Positions 36,913 to 38,250 of a DNA stretch of 38,250 bases are shown here, piece after piece. Within the stretch, counting starts at the first letter, position 1. The number at the start of each line of letters is the position of its first letter. The notes under the pieces are model-generated. The model saw only the letters and a list, made by a program, of their open reading frames with translations, searched no databases and was not told the origin of the DNA. Position numbers and translations under genes: made by a program. Origin of the DNA: a bacterium (GTDB lineage: Bacteria > Hinthialibacterota > Hinthialibacteria > Hinthialibacterales > Hinthialibacteraceae); the NCBI GenBank assembly GCA_041946805.1, contig JBHGBC010000047.1:1-38250 (forward strand), read 5' to 3'.

Positions 36913-36941
36913 ATCGTACGATCCGGGCGGGAGCGGGTCAA
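36913..36941 (-). promoter_or_regulatory. sigma70-like promoter of glnD
   Basis: Minus strand TTGACC, 17-nt spacer, TACGAT. Confidence 0.6.
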
Positions 36942-37002
36942 GTCATTCTTGGCAAGATAGGGGTGTGCGGCGGCCGCAGACTATTCAGATCCTATTCCGA
37001 AT

Positions 37003-37190
37003 GTTGGATGGTTTGAGTCTCGCGAAACCCACCCTAACCAAGTAACATATTCCCTCTCCCTCTGGGAGAGGGCCAGGGTGAGGGAAAACCTTTCGCCATG
37101 CATCCACCCCCAGGTTTGTACGCAATTAACACCACTCCATTCGATGAATGATTTAAAAAATCTCCACGTCCTCGGCGTCTCGGCGGTGAA
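37003..37190 (+). repeat. mosaic intergenic repeat (B-like, family A and shared tail)
   Basis: B-like 37003-37033; family A 37052-37084 identical to 13353-13385; downstream similarity and cgtctcggcggtgaa shared with the 13.4-13.6 kb region. Confidence 0.75.
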
Positions 37191-37210
37191 TGTTATGTCC
37201 TTTGCTCCTT

Positions 37211-37558
37211 TTATTCCATCACGACTTTGATCAATTCCAATCCATGGGATTCATCCACCGCCTCCCCGTAGCCGCATTCGCCGCAGACCGCCAAATGGCC
37301 GATCATGTCGTCCGCCTCCACCGTCTGCCGATGACCGCAGGACGGGCAAGTCCACTCGACTGTGTATTCTTCGATGATCAATTCCGCGCTTTCCAGAGGC
37401 GTCCCGGGAGTCAGCATGTCATAGGCTTGGCGCAGCGCCTCTTCCGAAAAGGTGCTGCCCCGCCGCAGGTGAACCGATTTCACCCGCTCCACGCCCTGCT
37501 CCCGCATCGCGGTCAGAACCTGGTCCACAATCTGTTCGACGATCGAATATTCATGCAT
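37211..37558 (-). CDS. hypA: hydrogenase maturation nickel metallochaperone
   Basis: MHEYSI N-terminus, CPSC and CGEC, C-terminal GLELIKV. Confidence 0.9.
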   Translation of the reverse strand: MHEYSIVEQIVDQVLTAMREQGVERVKSVHLRRGSTFSEEALRQAYDMLTPGTPLESAELIIEEYTVEWTCPSCGHRQTVEADDMIGHLAVCGECGYGEAVDESHGLELIKVVME

Positions 37559-38024
37559 GAGAGCTGCCTATCTTCCACGCCCGCAATTGTTCCTCCACCC
37601 GCCGCACCAAAGCGGGGACCGCCTGCCGCGCCGCGCCGCTCATTTCCCCTCCCACCGTGTAGGGGTCGGCCACTTCCATGGCGAAAATCTTGATTTCCTG
37701 GGGGAAATTCAACTCCAATTCCTTCGCCAGGACCAGGATTTCGGGCAATCCAGCGTAATGGGGCGAAGGGGCCAGCACCGGACCCAACGCGTCCGGATCC
37801 AATTCCAGGATGACACCGGGCGGATGGCGGGATGTGCGGATGGCGTCCAAAATGATTGCCTTGTCGTAATCCACGAGGTATTCCAGCAGGGCGATTCCGG
37901 AAACCGCGCATTCCACCGCGTCCACGAAATTGCCCCATCTTTCCCGGATCGCGCGCACGGCCAGCACACCCACCGCGTCATCCGCCAGAATGTCGTTGCC
38001 CAATCCCAGAACCAAGGGTTTCAT
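37551..38024 (-). CDS. hydrogenase maturation protease (HyaD/HybD family)
   Basis: LVLGLGNDILADDAVG, IILDAI, SPHYAGL; overlaps the hypA start; start may be 38033. Confidence 0.93.
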   Translation of the reverse strand: MKPLVLGLGNDILADDAVGVLAVRAIRERWGNFVDAVECAVSGIALLEYLVDYDKAIILDAIRTSRHPPGVILELDPDALGPVLAPSPHYAGLPEILVLAKELELNFPQEIKIFAMEVADPYTVGGEMSGAARQAVPALVRRVEEQLRAWKIGSSHA

Positions 38025-38099
38025 GGTCACCATGGAAGACCGAAATGAGGGATTTAAAAGCTGTTGAGATTTCGTCATCAATTTATAGCAATATCATTT

Positions 38100-38235
38100 G
38101 AGCGCCAAACGCGCGGCAGAAGCTAGCCCAGGGCAACGCGCTGGGGAAAGGACGACCCAAGGAACAATCCCCTCTCCCTCGGGGAGAGGGCTAGGGTGAG
38201 GGAATTTTTGTAGGGGCGGACCTTGGTGTCCGCCC
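38100..38235 (+). repeat. mosaic intergenic repeat (TAGCCCAGGGCA module, family A, family C)
   Basis: agcgccaaacgcgcggcagaagctagcccagggcaacgc; ccctctccctcggggagagggctagggtgaggg (38170-38202); gtaggggcggaccttggtgtccgccc (38210-38235). Confidence 0.8.
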
Positions 38236-38250
38236 GAATCATCGAGTGGA

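Noticed and set aside
11409..38235. Recurrent ~33-bp palindromes as a CRISPR array or integron attC sites
   Set aside because: Copies are dispersed with no regular spacers, no cas or intI gene is present, and I see no consistent RYYYAAC/GTTRRRY ends.

Overview
A 38.25-kb, GC-rich bacterial window with about 26 plausible genes and no rRNA, tRNA, CRISPR array or transposase. It opens with a 2678-aa protein in which I read a heavily expanded UDP-glucose/GDP-mannose dehydrogenase fold (catalytic K/N/C/K/D retained, thioester-hydrolysing Glu replaced by Ser) fused to a C-terminal ATP-grasp domain, preceded by a promoter with an operator-like palindrome. Next come a low-GC DUF433/DUF5615 toxin-antitoxin pair, a DUF1349 protein, an aldo/keto reductase, a phosphohexomutase, two large secreted glycoside-hydrolase-like proteins, truA, three tandem prepilin-type paralogs, and DUF2007 and DUF1080 genes. 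A Fur/PerR regulator sits upstream of a Fur-box-controlled operon encoding a His/Tyr (MauG-type) diheme enzyme, a Tat-exported metallophosphoesterase with a WPW motif, and a SoxA/TsdA-like His/Cys cytochrome c. The window ends with thpR, a GT-C glycosyltransferase plus methyltransferase, glnD overlapping a catalytically degenerate GAF/HD-GYP gene, hypA and a hydrogenase maturation protease. Most long intergenic regions are mosaics of several REP-like palindrome families. All family calls come from motif recognition by eye, not database searches.
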